A DNA stretch of 64,000 nt from Candidatus Latescibacterota bacterium (lineage in GTDB: Bacteria; Latescibacterota; UBA2968; GCA-2709665), in assembly GCA_965222075.1 (NCBI GenBank), contig OZ244937.1, positions 3,840,001 through 3,904,000 on the forward strand, given 5' to 3'. Below the pieces are notes generated by a model. The model was not told the origin of the DNA, made no database searches, and saw only the letters and a list, made by a program, of their open reading frames with translations. The position numbers and the translations under genes are program-made. Positions 9,331-19,580 of the stretch are shown one piece after another (position 1 is the stretch's first letter; each line of letters begins with the position of its first letter).

Positions 9331-9401
9331 CTGCCGGGCAGGGATTCGAACCCTGATTAACGGCTCCAAAGGCCGCGGTCTTGCCATTAGACGACCCGGC
9401 A
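9331..9401 (-). tRNA. tRNA-Gln(TTG)
   Basis: TGCCGGG acceptor stem, D-loop CTAATGGCAAG, anticodon loop CT-TTG-GA, GGTTCGAATCC; CCA not encoded. Confidence 0.95.
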
Positions 9402-9409
9402 ATCCAAAT

Positions 9410-10273
9410 TCAAACCTTCGGACGACACAGACTAACCCGGTAGCCCCGCAACCCCGTGGCCGCTTCCGCCGCCTGCCTGCCCTCCCCAAAAACACCGTAC
9501 AGGGTTGATCCGCTCCCCGAAAGCGAACAGGCCAAAGCCCCGGACGCCTCCAGAGCGCTCAGGATGGGATCCACCTCCGGATAAGTCGTTTTCAGAAGGG
9601 GCAAAAAGTCGTTTTCCAAACAGGTGAACAAAACGTCCGCGCAAAGTTCCCCATTTTCCTCTATAGAATTCAGAAAACTAATATATCCGGATGCTTCTGT
9701 CAAGGCAATTTTCAAATTCCGATAGGCCCATCCGCTCGACACCTGGAATCCGGGGTGAACCAGGACATAATGGAAATCCGCCTGCCAGGGGATATACCGG
9801 AGACACTCACCCCGCCCGGTGACCACGGCGGTCCCCCGCCTCAAAAAAAAGGGCACATCCGACCCCAGGTCCCCGGCCAGAGCCTCCAACCGCGCCCCGG
9901 AAAGGCGCAACGCCCACATCCCGTCCAGCACCCGAAGCACCGCCGCCGCATCCGAACTGCCCCCGCCCAACCCTGCCCCGACCGGGATGCGTTTTTCCAG
10001 AACCACCCGAATGCCGTTCTCCGTCCCGGTGGCCTCCCGCAGGGCCTCCACCGCCTGAAAAACCAGATTCTCACGCCCCGCCGGAATCCCCGGGTCATCA
10101 CATAAAATCTCCGTCGCCCCCCTCGCCGCCGGTTCAAAAATCAGCCGATCGTGCAGGTCTATAGTCTGAAAAATCGATAGAATATCGTGATATCCATCCG
10201 CCCGCCGCCCCAGCACCTTAAGCCCCAGGTTGATCTTGGCATAGGCATACGCAATCGTCCGATTCACGCACAA
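9410..10273 (-). CDS. ispE: 4-diphosphocytidyl-2-C-methyl-D-erythritol kinase
   Basis: AKINLGL, KRIPVGAGLGGGSSDAA, GSDVPFF, NDF, LSGSGS. Confidence 0.96.
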   Translation of the reverse strand: MCVNRTIAYAYAKINLGLKVLGRRADGYHDILSIFQTIDLHDRLIFEPAARGATEILCDDPGIPAGRENLVFQAVEALREATGTENGIRVVLEKRIPVGAGLGGGSSDAAAVLRVLDGMWALRLSGARLEALAGDLGSDVPFFLRRGTAVVTGRGECLRYIPWQADFHYVLVHPGFQVSSGWAYRNLKIALTEASGYISFLNSIEENGELCADVLFTCLENDFLPLLKTTYPEVDPILSALEASGALACSLSGSGSTLYGVFGEGRQAAEAATGLRGYRVSLCRPKV

Positions 10274-10386
10274 TCTCCTTCAGATGTACATCCTCTCTGC
10301 CAAACTTGCAGGTGACGTCCTCGACCTTGCAAACCCGCAACACAGGCCCCTGTTTGGGTGTCTCAAGCCCAACGTGAAATTAAAGA

Positions 10387-10415
10387 TTGACGCTTTTGGA
10401 TAAATGTTATACATT
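10387..10415 (+). promoter_or_regulatory. Putative sigma70 promoter of the TPR operon
   Basis: TTGACG-N17-TACATT. Confidence 0.5.
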
Positions 10416-10488
10416 GGAAGAAAAGCTCCCGGAAAAGAAGATAACCAGCGTAAAATTTTAAGATTATGAATACTTCAACGCCGATTGC

Positions 10489-13400
10489 GTGAAGGCTATG
10501 GTGTCGATCCGAACAGGTGGAATAGTGGGAGGTCTGCTCGTCGTCCTGGGCCTTTTCGCGCCTTTGACGGCACAGGGGCCCCAGGACGAAAAAGAACTGT
10601 TCGGGTTTGCCCAGAGGCTCTTTAAAGACGCCTCGTATGCCAATGCGGCGCAGGAATTCAGCCGGTTTATTGCCTACTTCCCAACCAGCGCCCGCCTCCC
10701 GGAGGCCATGCAGCGTCTGGGAGAAGCTTACTTTTTGGACGGGAAATATCAGGAAGCGATCGGCGCCTGTCAGGCATTTATCGACAAATACCCCAACCGC
10801 TTCAATGCAGCCGCGGTCATGCGCCGAAAGGCCGAGGCCCTCCTGCGTCTGAAAGAATATACAAAAGCCGGAATGGCCTTTCAAGAAGTGCACGACGCCT
10901 TTCCCGGCGGAGACTACGCCCCCCAGGACCTCCTCTACGCAGGCGACACGTTTCGCCTTGGAGGCGACCTCAACGCCGCAGAATCCGCACTCCGATCCCT
11001 CATCAGTACCCACCCCACGTCCCGGCTGATCCACGAAGCGACCTACAATCTCGGGCGCGTCCTGCTTGAGGCAAACCGTTCCGAAGAGGCGCTCGCCCAG
11101 TTCCGATCTATCGCCGAGTTTTCCGGAGCCACCGAACGGAAACCGGATGCCCTCCTCGAAATTGGAAACGTGGCCCTTGCCAGGGAGGACCTCCAGGAAG
11201 CCCAGCGGGTCTTCTTACAGCTTCGCAAAGCCTTCCCCAAAACGACTTCGGCCGAAACCTCCTACCTGGTGATGGCGCGCTGGTTTGTCGACAGAGGCGA
11301 CCTGCAACGCGCGGCCAAAACCTATGCCATGGCCCGCAACACCCTCCCCGGAAACGAACGTCGCCAGCAGGCCGTTCTGGGACTGGCCGACGCCAACCGA
11401 AAACTTGGCCGGAGCGCCGACGCCCTCAACCTGTATAGTCAATTTCTCAAAATCTATCCCTCCAGCCCCTTCCTGGCCCGGGCCTGGCTCGGCCTGGGTC
11501 GCGCTTATGCAGACCTGGAAAACGACCGACACGCCCTGGAAGCCTTCAAGCGCCTCCTGGAAGAATTCCCAAACGCCGACGTCAGCGTCCGGGCTTACAG
11601 CGATATGGGCGATATCTGGCGAAAGCACCGAACCCCCCAAAAGGCCCTCAACGCTTACCGGACCTATTTGGATCGGGTTGGTGACCCCGGCGCAAAGGCC
11701 TCGGCCCTGCTGCGCATCGCCCGGCTCTACGAGGAAGACCTGGAGTGGTACGACCGGGCCGCCGATACCTATCGTAAACTCCTCGATACGACGCCTCCCT
11801 ATGCCTCCGAAGGCCAGTTCGGGCTGGCCCGCACCTTCGAAAAAACCGGGCAACCCAAACTGGCCCTTCGAGAATACCGGACCTATCTCCAAAAGTTTCC
11901 CGGCAGCACCCGTGCGGCAGAGGCCGAAACCCGTATTCAATACCTCCGGGAGTTTGCACGCAGCGAGAGTCCCCCGGATGCCCTCGTTGCGCTCCTGGCC
12001 GACCTCCCCTCCGTCGCAGCCGACCCGGAAGCCCGGTTTCGGCTGGGGCGCTTCCTCTACCAGCACCGAAACTATCGCCTGGCCGCCGAAAACCTTGAGG
12101 CCGCCCTTGCGGGCGACCCGGCCTCCTCGTATGCGCCCCAAGCCGGCTACCTCTTAGCCGAGAGCCATCTCAAACTTGCCCGCAAAGCACACCTTGGAAC
12201 CGACCTGCAAGAAGCAAGGGCCTGGCAGCGGAAAGGCCTGGCAGCACTTCAGAATGTCGTATCCCAATACCCCCAAAGCGACTGGGCGGACGATGCGGCG
12301 CTGGGGGTGATCCGGCAGACCCTGGTGGAGGTCACGCCCGACTCTGCGCGTGCGCGACGCATGCTCGACGCCTACGGCAAATTTGAGCAGACCTATCCCA
12401 CCAGCAACCGGCGCGACACCGCCCTGCTGCGGGTGGCCGATGCCTACCTCCTGCTCGGCCGGACCGATCCCCTCCGGATCGCGGACGCGCTTGCGGCCTA
12501 CCGCAGCTTGCAGAGGAACTTCCCCGAAAGTCCCTTAAGCGCGCAGGCGGCCTACGGAATCGGCATCTGCCAGGCCCGCCAAAAGAATTACATCGATGCC
12601 GAAGAGACGCTGCGCAACTTCTTCTTCGAGTTCCCGCAAAACGACCTGGCCGACCGTGCCCGATTCGAACTGGGGCGCATCCTCCTGGAGAGAGAATACT
12701 ACGCCAGCGCCGCCGAAGCGTTCTCCGAACTCCTCGTCAGCCCTTCCTCTTTGGAACGCGAGCGTTCAAGCCGGGCGCTCCTGGCCGAGTGCTACTTCCG
12801 CCTGAAAAACTACGCCGGCGCCATCCGGATCGACCGCGGCCTGCTCCGGCGAGGCGCCGAACCCTCCCTCCTCCGGCGGCTCGCCAGGGCCTACCAAAAA
12901 AGCGGACAACACGAGAAAGCCGTTGAAACCTACGCGGCCTTTCTCAGAACCTTTCCCGATGCAGCCAACGCCGACAGCATCGCTTTTACCCGGGCGGAAC
13001 TCCTCTCCTTCTTGAACCGCACCCCCGAAGCCATCGCCGCCTTCCAGGAATTTACGAAAAAATTTCCCAAAAGCCCCCTCCGGGGCGAAGTCGGCCGAAA
13101 CGTGGGCAACCTCCTGTTTGAAACGGGAAATTATGAAAAGGCGTTTGCGGCCTATCAAAACCTCTCCCCCTCGGCCCGCAACGAATCTGTTGCCGGCCGG
13201 GAGGTCCTGAGTCTTTACCGCCTGAAGCGCATCAAAGACGCCCGAAAAAGTGAAAAAAAGTTTAAAAAGACCTACCCGAACGCCCGTTCCTGGCTGGCCC
13301 TGCTCCAGGTGGAAGGGGGGAAATACCACCTCGAGTCCGGCAACCCCAAAAAGGCCCGGGGAATTTTTGAAAACGTCATCAAAAAATACGCCGATACCAG

Positions 13401-14133
13401 CGCGCTGGCAGAGGCGCACTACTACCAGGCGCGCGCTTTGTATAAAGAGGGACGCGCAGAAGACTACGAAAAAGCCCTGGGCGCCTTTGTAAAAGACCGC
13501 TCCGACAACCCGCACTGGACCGACGCAGCGGTCGAACTGGCAGACCTCTACCATAAAAATGAAAACTACGCCGGGGCGTCTAAAACCTATCAACGCGCGC
13601 TTAACAACGGCCTCTCGCCCCAACAAAAACCCTTGATCCTCTCAAAACTTGTGAGTACGCACAGAAACCTCAAATGGTACGACACCGCAATCCACTATGC
13701 GCGCCAACTCGCTCAGGAATTCCCCCGGCACAGCCTCGCCGCCGAAGCCCGAATGGACATCGGCATCATGCTACACGACAAAGGAGACTACCGGCAGGCC
13801 ATTCAGGAACTGACCCCCCTGCTCAAAATCGTAGAGAAAGACAACTGGTCGCTTGTGCAGTATGATATTGCGGAATGCTACTTCAAAATGGGCGACTACG
13901 ATAGCGCAAAACGGGAATACTTAAAACTCCGATACAACTTCCAGGGCTCCACACAATGGCTGGCAAGCGCGTATGCAGGCATCGCCTTCTGCTATGAAGC
14001 CCAGGGCAGCTATCAAAAAGCCATCGCGGAACTGGAAGAGATCCGGCGTCGATTCGGGTCTACCAGTGACTTCGGCACCCATGCCGGAGATTACATTCAA
14101 AAGCTTCAAAAACACCTCAACACAGACCCGTAG
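10489..14133 (+). CDS. Large exported TPR-repeat protein (BamD/CpoB-like repeats)
   Basis: Signal-peptide-like N-terminus; many repeats of the type A...F...FP.S.A..A...LG..Y over about 1200 aa. Confidence 0.88.
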   Translation: MKAMVSIRTGGIVGGLLVVLGLFAPLTAQGPQDEKELFGFAQRLFKDASYANAAQEFSRFIAYFPTSARLPEAMQRLGEAYFLDGKYQEAIGACQAFIDKYPNRFNAAAVMRRKAEALLRLKEYTKAGMAFQEVHDAFPGGDYAPQDLLYAGDTFRLGGDLNAAESALRSLISTHPTSRLIHEATYNLGRVLLEANRSEEALAQFRSIAEFSGATERKPDALLEIGNVALAREDLQEAQRVFLQLRKAFPKTTSAETSYLVMARWFVDRGDLQRAAKTYAMARNTLPGNERRQQAVLGLADANRKLGRSADALNLYSQFLKIYPSSPFLARAWLGLGRAYADLENDRHALEAFKRLLEEFPNADVSVRAYSDMGDIWRKHRTPQKALNAYRTYLDRVGDPGAKASALLRIARLYEEDLEWYDRAADTYRKLLDTTPPYASEGQFGLARTFEKTGQPKLALREYRTYLQKFPGSTRAAEAETRIQYLREFARSESPPDALVALLADLPSVAADPEARFRLGRFLYQHRNYRLAAENLEAALAGDPASSYAPQAGYLLAESHLKLARKAHLGTDLQEARAWQRKGLAALQNVVSQYPQSDWADDAALGVIRQTLVEVTPDSARARRMLDAYGKFEQTYPTSNRRDTALLRVADAYLLLGRTDPLRIADALAAYRSLQRNFPESPLSAQAAYGIGICQARQKNYIDAEETLRNFFFEFPQNDLADRARFELGRILLEREYYASAAEAFSELLVSPSSLERERSSRALLAECYFRLKNYAGAIRIDRGLLRRGAEPSLLRRLARAYQKSGQHEKAVETYAAFLRTFPDAANADSIAFTRAELLSFLNRTPEAIAAFQEFTKKFPKSPLRGEVGRNVGNLLFETGNYEKAFAAYQNLSPSARNESVAGREVLSLYRLKRIKDARKSEKKFKKTYPNARSWLALLQVEGGKYHLESGNPKKARGIFENVIKKYADTSALAEAHYYQARALYKEGRAEDYEKALGAFVKDRSDNPHWTDAAVELADLYHKNENYAGASKTYQRALNNGLSPQQKPLILSKLVSTHRNLKWYDTAIHYARQLAQEFPRHSLAAEARMDIGIMLHDKGDYRQAIQELTPLLKIVEKDNWSLVQYDIAECYFKMGDYDSAKREYLKLRYNFQGSTQWLASAYAGIAFCYEAQGSYQKAIAELEEIRRRFGSTSDFGTHAGDYIQKLQKHLNTDP

Positions 14134-14154
14134 GGGCGACCCTTGGGGTCGCCC
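14130..14154 (+). repeat. GTAG-type REP palindrome
   Basis: GTAG-GGGCGACCC-TTG-GGGTCGCCC; its TAG is the stop codon of the TPR gene. Confidence 0.7.
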
Positions 14155-14173
14155 GCCCTGGAGAAAACGCCTC

Positions 14174-15343
14174 ATCGAAAAAGACATCAAAATTCTGGGG
14201 CACTCAGACGCCTTACGGCAAATCCGGGACACCATCGCACAGATTGCTCCCACACCGATCATCGTCCTGATCACCGGAGAGAGCGGTACGGGAAAAGACC
14301 TGATTGCCGAGTCCATCCACCAGCACAGCCCCCGCCGTAACGCACGCTTCCTGACCGTCAACTGCGGCGCCATCCCCGAAACCCTGCTGGAAAGCGAACT
14401 CTTTGGCCACCAAAAGGGCGCCTTCACCGATGCCCGGACGCATCGGCCGGGCATCTTCGAGGCCGCAGACGGCGGTACGGTCTTCCTGGACGAAATCGGA
14501 GAGATGTCGCTCTCCGCCCAGGTTCGACTCCTGCGGGTACTGGAAGGCCGGGAGATCACCCGCCTCGGCAGCACCCGGCCCACCGAAATAGACGTCCGGG
14601 TAATTGCCGCTACAAACCAGGACCTGAAACAGAACGTAGACAACGGCACCTTTCGCCGGGATCTCTACTACCGACTCAAAGTCGTCGAAATCGCGGCCCC
14701 CCCCCTGCGCAACCGCCCCGAAGACATCCCCATCCTCATCGACCACTTCGTCCAGCTCTACAGCCGGAAACACAACGTCCCTCCCATTGAACCGGATGCG
14801 CAGTCTATGGCCCTGCTTCAAAATTACCGCTGGCCCGGAAACGTCCGGGAACTCAAAAACCTCATCGAACGCCTGATAGTCCTTTCCGTGAACCGCCGCA
14901 TCGGGGTGGCCGATATTACCGCACACCTTGAAGACCTCGACGGAGCGGCCTCCCCGGGTGGTGAGGTCTCCAACCTTCCCGTCCACCTTGGCAAAACCCC
15001 CGAAGAATCCCACCACGACCTCCTCTACTGGGCCATCCTCGAAGTCGCCCGTGACCTCAAAGAACTCAAGGCCTACCTGATGGACAACCAGCCGGAAGTC
15101 CGGTCCCTCCCTGTGTACCCGCCCGAAGGAACACCCTTCGCCGGGCAGGCAACAGAAGTCGAAGTTACGGAATCGACCGCCCCTCCACCGGTTCCCGAAG
15201 ACGTCAAACCCCTTCGGGAAGTGGAGCGGGAAGCCATCGTCAAAGCGCTGCGAGCCACAGGGGGCCACCGCAAACGCGCAGCAAAACTCCTCGATATGCC
15301 GGAGCGCACCCTCTACCGCAAGATCCAGCAGTATAATCTCTGA
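14174..15343 (+). CDS. Sigma54-interaction domain (AAA+) Fis-family regulator without N-terminal sensor; start uncertain
   Basis: GESGTGKD, NCGAIPETLLESELFGH.KGAFTDA, FLDEIGE, WPGNVREL, C-terminal HTH. Confidence 0.88.
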   Translation: MEKDIKILGHSDALRQIRDTIAQIAPTPIIVLITGESGTGKDLIAESIHQHSPRRNARFLTVNCGAIPETLLESELFGHQKGAFTDARTHRPGIFEAADGGTVFLDEIGEMSLSAQVRLLRVLEGREITRLGSTRPTEIDVRVIAATNQDLKQNVDNGTFRRDLYYRLKVVEIAAPPLRNRPEDIPILIDHFVQLYSRKHNVPPIEPDAQSMALLQNYRWPGNVRELKNLIERLIVLSVNRRIGVADITAHLEDLDGAASPGGEVSNLPVHLGKTPEESHHDLLYWAILEVARDLKELKAYLMDNQPEVRSLPVYPPEGTPFAGQATEVEVTESTAPPPVPEDVKPLREVEREAIVKALRATGGHRKRAAKLLDMPERTLYRKIQQYNL

Positions 15344-15479
15344 GGCCACCCCTATTCCTCACCCCTATATTTTTGGGAACCTTTCCCCACACTTACAGGT
15401 TTAAGCGGAGAACCCGGGTGCTGTGATTTTGGATAGCGGCTTTTAATCCTTCCATAATGCAGAAAGGAGTTGAAAACAG

Positions 15480-16931
15480 ATGCGTCCGATCCTCATACTG
15501 AGCCTCGTCCTGCTCACCGCAGGCATCGGTCCAATCACCGCCACAGAGGCAGACCAGGCCGTTGCCCAGCTTCAGAGCCTCAACAAAGCGTTTACGAGCA
15601 TCGCCAAACAGGTGACCCCAACCGTTGTCACCATCAGCACCAAACAGGATGTGAAGCAGGCCCGCCGGTGGCGGCAGCGCTTCCCCGCTCACCCTTTTTT
15701 TGAAGACCCCCGGTTCCCGGAATTCCGGGAACGTGAAAGAGAACCGGAAGAACGGAAAGGCCTCGGCTCCGGCGTCATCATAACCCGGGACGGCTACATC
15801 CTCACCAACCACCACGTGGCGGGCAAAGCAAACGAGATTACCGTGATCCTCAGTGACAATCGAGAGTTTGAGGCTAAGCTGGTTGGCACCGACTCCCTCA
15901 CCGACGTGGCGGTAATCAAAATAGACGCAAAAGGCCTGCCGACCGCGAAAATCGGGAATTCCGACCAGCTTGAGATTGGGGAGTGGGTACTGGCCGTTGG
16001 TGCTCCCATGGACCTGCGCTCTACCGTCACTTCCGGCATCGTCAGCGCCCTGGGTCGGGATATCAATATCATGGGGCATTCCGGTTTCGAAGTGGAAGAC
16101 TTCATCCAGACCGATGCCGCCATCAACCCGGGCAACTCAGGGGGTGCGCTGGTCAACCTCAACGGCGAGGTCATCGGCATCAACACCGCCATCGCCACAC
16201 GAACCGGTAATTTCGTAGGCTACGGATTCGCCATCCCCATCAACCTTGCCAAAAAGGTCATGGACGACATCACCGCGCACGGCTATGTCCGGCGGGGCTT
16301 CCTGGGTGTGGCCCTGGGTAATGTTACAGCCGGCATCGCCGACGCCTTTGGCCTTGATCGGCCCCGGGGGGTTCTCATTACGACCGTCTATCCCGAATTC
16401 CCCGCCGACATCGCCGGTTTGATGGCCGAGGACATTGTCCTAAAAATCGATGGACAGGAGGTCAACCGGCCAAACCACGTCCAGAGCCTGATTGCCAGAC
16501 AACATCCCAACGACACCGTCTCCCTGGAAATAAGGCGCAAAGACAAAACCCTTACCCTGAAGGCCAGGCTGGGTGAAAAGCCCAACGACTTCCGTATAGT
16601 TCAGGCCCCCCATCGCAAACCCGGAGAAACCGAACAGCTCGGCCTCACAGTCCGGAATATCACCCCGGAAATCGCCGAAAGCATCGGCATCGATGAGAAT
16701 GTGAAGGGCATCATCGTCACCGATGTCGGCCGTGGACCGGCCCGCGATGCGGGCTTCCGGCCGGGCTACATTATTCTCAAGGTCCGCCAGGGGGATATAG
16801 ATCAGGACATTCGATCCGTTAAAGACCTCAAAACCGCCCTTGAAAGACTCAAAAAGGGTCGCAACGCCGCCTTCTCCGTCAGGTGGGGCGACAGACGCAT
16901 ATTCCTGACCCTGCAAATCCCTGAAGAATGA
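15480..16931 (+). CDS. DegP/HtrA (Do family) serine protease with two PDZ domains
   Basis: GSGVI, TNHHV, IQTDAAINPGNSGG. Confidence 0.95.
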   Translation: MRPILILSLVLLTAGIGPITATEADQAVAQLQSLNKAFTSIAKQVTPTVVTISTKQDVKQARRWRQRFPAHPFFEDPRFPEFREREREPEERKGLGSGVIITRDGYILTNHHVAGKANEITVILSDNREFEAKLVGTDSLTDVAVIKIDAKGLPTAKIGNSDQLEIGEWVLAVGAPMDLRSTVTSGIVSALGRDINIMGHSGFEVEDFIQTDAAINPGNSGGALVNLNGEVIGINTAIATRTGNFVGYGFAIPINLAKKVMDDITAHGYVRRGFLGVALGNVTAGIADAFGLDRPRGVLITTVYPEFPADIAGLMAEDIVLKIDGQEVNRPNHVQSLIARQHPNDTVSLEIRRKDKTLTLKARLGEKPNDFRIVQAPHRKPGETEQLGLTVRNITPEIAESIGIDENVKGIIVTDVGRGPARDAGFRPGYIILKVRQGDIDQDIRSVKDLKTALERLKKGRNAAFSVRWGDRRIFLTLQIPEE

Positions 16932-16986
16932 ATTGCGGGTTTGGTCCCTCACCTGAGAACGAGGGCCTCCCGAACTCGAATCGGCC

Positions 16987-18123
16987 ATGTCCAATACAGA
17001 CGCCACCCACGCCCGCCTCATCATCGCCGCCAGCGAGGTCGATGCAGACCTTTACTACGCGACACAATTCCTGGCCCCCGACGCCTTCGTCTTCCTCCGG
17101 ACAAAGGCCGAAAAAATCCTGCTCGTGTCCGACCTGGAACTGGACCGGGCGCGTGGGCACGCGCAGGTCGACACGGTCCTCTCCCTCTCCCGGTACCAGC
17201 ACAGGGCACGCCGGAACGGGATCGAAAGCCCAACCCCCCTGGACGCCCTCCACCAACTCCTCCAGGAGCGGGGAATCAAAACCCTGCTTGTCCCCCGGAC
17301 CTTCCCCATAGAAGCCGCCGACCACCTTCGAAACGCCGGCTATCGGATCAGCTTCCCTTCGGGCTCCTTCTTTCCCCGGCGGGAATGCAAAACGCCCGAT
17401 GAAATCGACCACATCCGTCAGGTCCAGCGCCATACCGAAGCCGCCATGCACACCGCCATCGCCGCCGTGCGCGAGGCCGAGGTACAGGACGGCGTCCTCT
17501 ACCTCAACGGCGCCCCCCTCACCGCCGATGTGGTCAAACGCCTCATCGCCCTGTCCTTAATGGAAAAAGGGTGCACGGCCCGCCACACCATCGTGGCCTG
17601 CGGAGACCAGGCCTGCGATCCCCACAACCAGGGCTCGGGTCCCCTCCGTGCCGGGCAGATGATCGTCATCGACATCTTTCCCCGCTCCGATCACACCGGC
17701 TACTTCGCCGACATAACCCGCACCATCGTCAAAGGGCCGGCCACCGACGATCAGCGCCGGCTCTACGAAGCCGTCCTGGAAGGCCAGACGCTCGCTCTTG
17801 GACGCATTCGAGGCGGCGAAAACGGAAAAGAGATCCATCACAGCGTGGCGGATCTCTTCGAAAACAAGGGCTATTCAACCGGAGAAATCAACGGCCGCAT
17901 GCAGGGCTTCTTCCACGGCACCGGCCACGGCGTCGGCCTGGAAATCCACGAACCCCCCCGAATCAGCAAAGCCGACATCCCCCTCCGGCCCGGCCACGTC
18001 GTCACCGTCGAACCCGGCCTCTACTATCCCGGCCGGGGCGCCGTCCGCATCGAAGACCTCGTCGTCGTCACCCGGCACGGCTGCGACAACCTCACCTCCT
18101 ATCCCAAGGAACTTGAGGTCTGA
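16987..18123 (+). CDS. Xaa-Pro peptidase family (M24) protein
   Basis: GYFADITRT, HGTGHGVGLEIHE, TVEPGLY, RIED. Confidence 0.93.
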   Translation: MSNTDATHARLIIAASEVDADLYYATQFLAPDAFVFLRTKAEKILLVSDLELDRARGHAQVDTVLSLSRYQHRARRNGIESPTPLDALHQLLQERGIKTLLVPRTFPIEAADHLRNAGYRISFPSGSFFPRRECKTPDEIDHIRQVQRHTEAAMHTAIAAVREAEVQDGVLYLNGAPLTADVVKRLIALSLMEKGCTARHTIVACGDQACDPHNQGSGPLRAGQMIVIDIFPRSDHTGYFADITRTIVKGPATDDQRRLYEAVLEGQTLALGRIRGGENGKEIHHSVADLFENKGYSTGEINGRMQGFFHGTGHGVGLEIHEPPRISKADIPLRPGHVVTVEPGLYYPGRGAVRIEDLVVVTRHGCDNLTSYPKELEV

Positions 18124-18169
18124 ACCCCGGCGCCGGATCGTCTCCCCTCCCTGGAATAAGAAGCTGTCC

Positions 18170-19087
18170 CTATGCTCTTGGATGAAACGTCCGGTGCACC
18201 TCCTTCAAATACTCCCGGTCTACGTGTGTGTAAATCTGCGTCGTCGAAATATCTACATGTCCCAGCATTTCCTGCACCGCTCGCAGGTCCGCGCCCCCTT
18301 CCAGCAGGTGGGTCGCAAACGAATGCCTGAGGGTATGGGGGCTCACCCTCTTTTCAATCCCCGCCTTCCGCACATACTGCCGCAGCAGCTTCCAGACGCC
18401 CATGCGGGACAGCCTTCCGCCGCGCCAGTTCAAAAAAACCGCATCCCCCGATCCCGGCCGGGTCAGTTCGGGTCGCACCTGCTCCAGATAGCGGGTCACC
18501 CACACCTCCGACTCGGACCCGATCGGCACCACCCGCTCACGGCTTCCCTTCCCAACCACCCGGACCACCTCCAGGCCGAACAGCAGATGGGACCGTTCCA
18601 GCCCGATCAGTTCCGACACACGCAGCCCTGCCCCGTAGAGCACCTCTAAAAGCGCCCGGTCCCGCAACCCCAGAGGCGTCTCCCAATCCGGCTCCACCAT
18701 CAGGCGCTCCACCTCAAAAATATTCAGCACCATCGGCAGCTTCCGCACCGGCTTGGGCGGATTCAGATGCTCGGTCGGATCCCGCTTTGCCAGCCCCTCC
18801 GCCTTCAAAAACCGGTGGTACATCCGCACCGCCGTCAGATTGCGGGCCACGCTCGACGCCTCCAGTCCCAGATCCCCCAAAAGGCGCAACAGCGCCAAAA
18901 CGTCCTCCTGAGAGGCGTCCCCCACCCCCAAAGCGCCCTGCGCCGTCAGCAGCATCAGGTACCGGTCCAGATCCCGCCTGTAGGCCTCCACCGTATTCTC
19001 CGCCAGCCCCCGCTCCAGCCTCACAAAATCCAGAAACCGGCGCAACGTCTCGTGCAGTTCGGGCGCAATCCTCCCGTTATTCCGCAA
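18170..19087 (-). CDS. xerD: Site-specific tyrosine recombinase XerD
   Basis: TVEAYRRDL, RDRALLE.LYGAGLRVSEL, SPHTLRHSFATHLL.GGADLR.VQE.LGH...STTQIYTHV..HPRA; TTG start inferred. Confidence 0.93.
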   Translation of the reverse strand: MRNNGRIAPELHETLRRFLDFVRLERGLAENTVEAYRRDLDRYLMLLTAQGALGVGDASQEDVLALLRLLGDLGLEASSVARNLTAVRMYHRFLKAEGLAKRDPTEHLNPPKPVRKLPMVLNIFEVERLMVEPDWETPLGLRDRALLEVLYGAGLRVSELIGLERSHLLFGLEVVRVVGKGSRERVVPIGSESEVWVTRYLEQVRPELTRPGSGDAVFLNWRGGRLSRMGVWKLLRQYVRKAGIEKRVSPHTLRHSFATHLLEGGADLRAVQEMLGHVDISTTQIYTHVDREYLKEVHRTFHPRA

Positions 19088-19580
19088 TCCGCATTCCCTC
19101 CAACGCCAACAACGCCGCCTTCCAGGCCTTCCCGTATGCAAACCCCGTCAACGCCCCACCCGCCCCCACCACCCGGTGGCAGGGCACCACCATGGGGAAG
19201 GGGTTCTTCCCCAGCGCCGCCCCCACCGCCCGTGCCGCCCTCGGCCGGCCGACCGCCTCTGCAACCCACCCATAACGCCGGGTCTGCCCGTAGGGAATCT
19301 CCCGCGCCGCCCGCCAGACCGCCCGCTGAAAAGGCGTCGCCTCCGGCAGCGGCAGACCCTCCCCCGGCGTGATCAACCTGCCGGAAAAATAACCCATCAA
19401 TTCCCCCACCAACGCCTCACCCATCCCATCCGGCGGCCGTCCCTCAGCCACGTACGGCCGACCGATCCTCCCCGCATCCCGCTCCAGACGCCCCAACCGG
19501 ATGCCTTCCAACCTCCCCCCGGACCACCTCAGACTCACCCGCCCCAACCCCGTCTGCAGCACCACCGTATACCTCATCAC
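19077..19580 (-). CDS. ogt: Methylated-DNA-protein-cysteine methyltransferase
   Basis: TPFQRAVW, IPYG, ARAVG, PCHRV. Confidence 0.92.
   Translation of the reverse strand: MMRYTVVLQTGLGRVSLRWSGGRLEGIRLGRLERDAGRIGRPYVAEGRPPDGMGEALVGELMGYFSGRLITPGEGLPLPEATPFQRAVWRAAREIPYGQTRRYGWVAEAVGRPRAARAVGAALGKNPFPMVVPCHRVVGAGGALTGFAYGKAWKAALLALEGMRIAE

Noticed and set aside
18170-19087. Tyrosine recombinase as a prophage or island integrase
   Set aside because: It has the XerD signature (HPRA end), host-like GC, and no att site or phage genes nearby.
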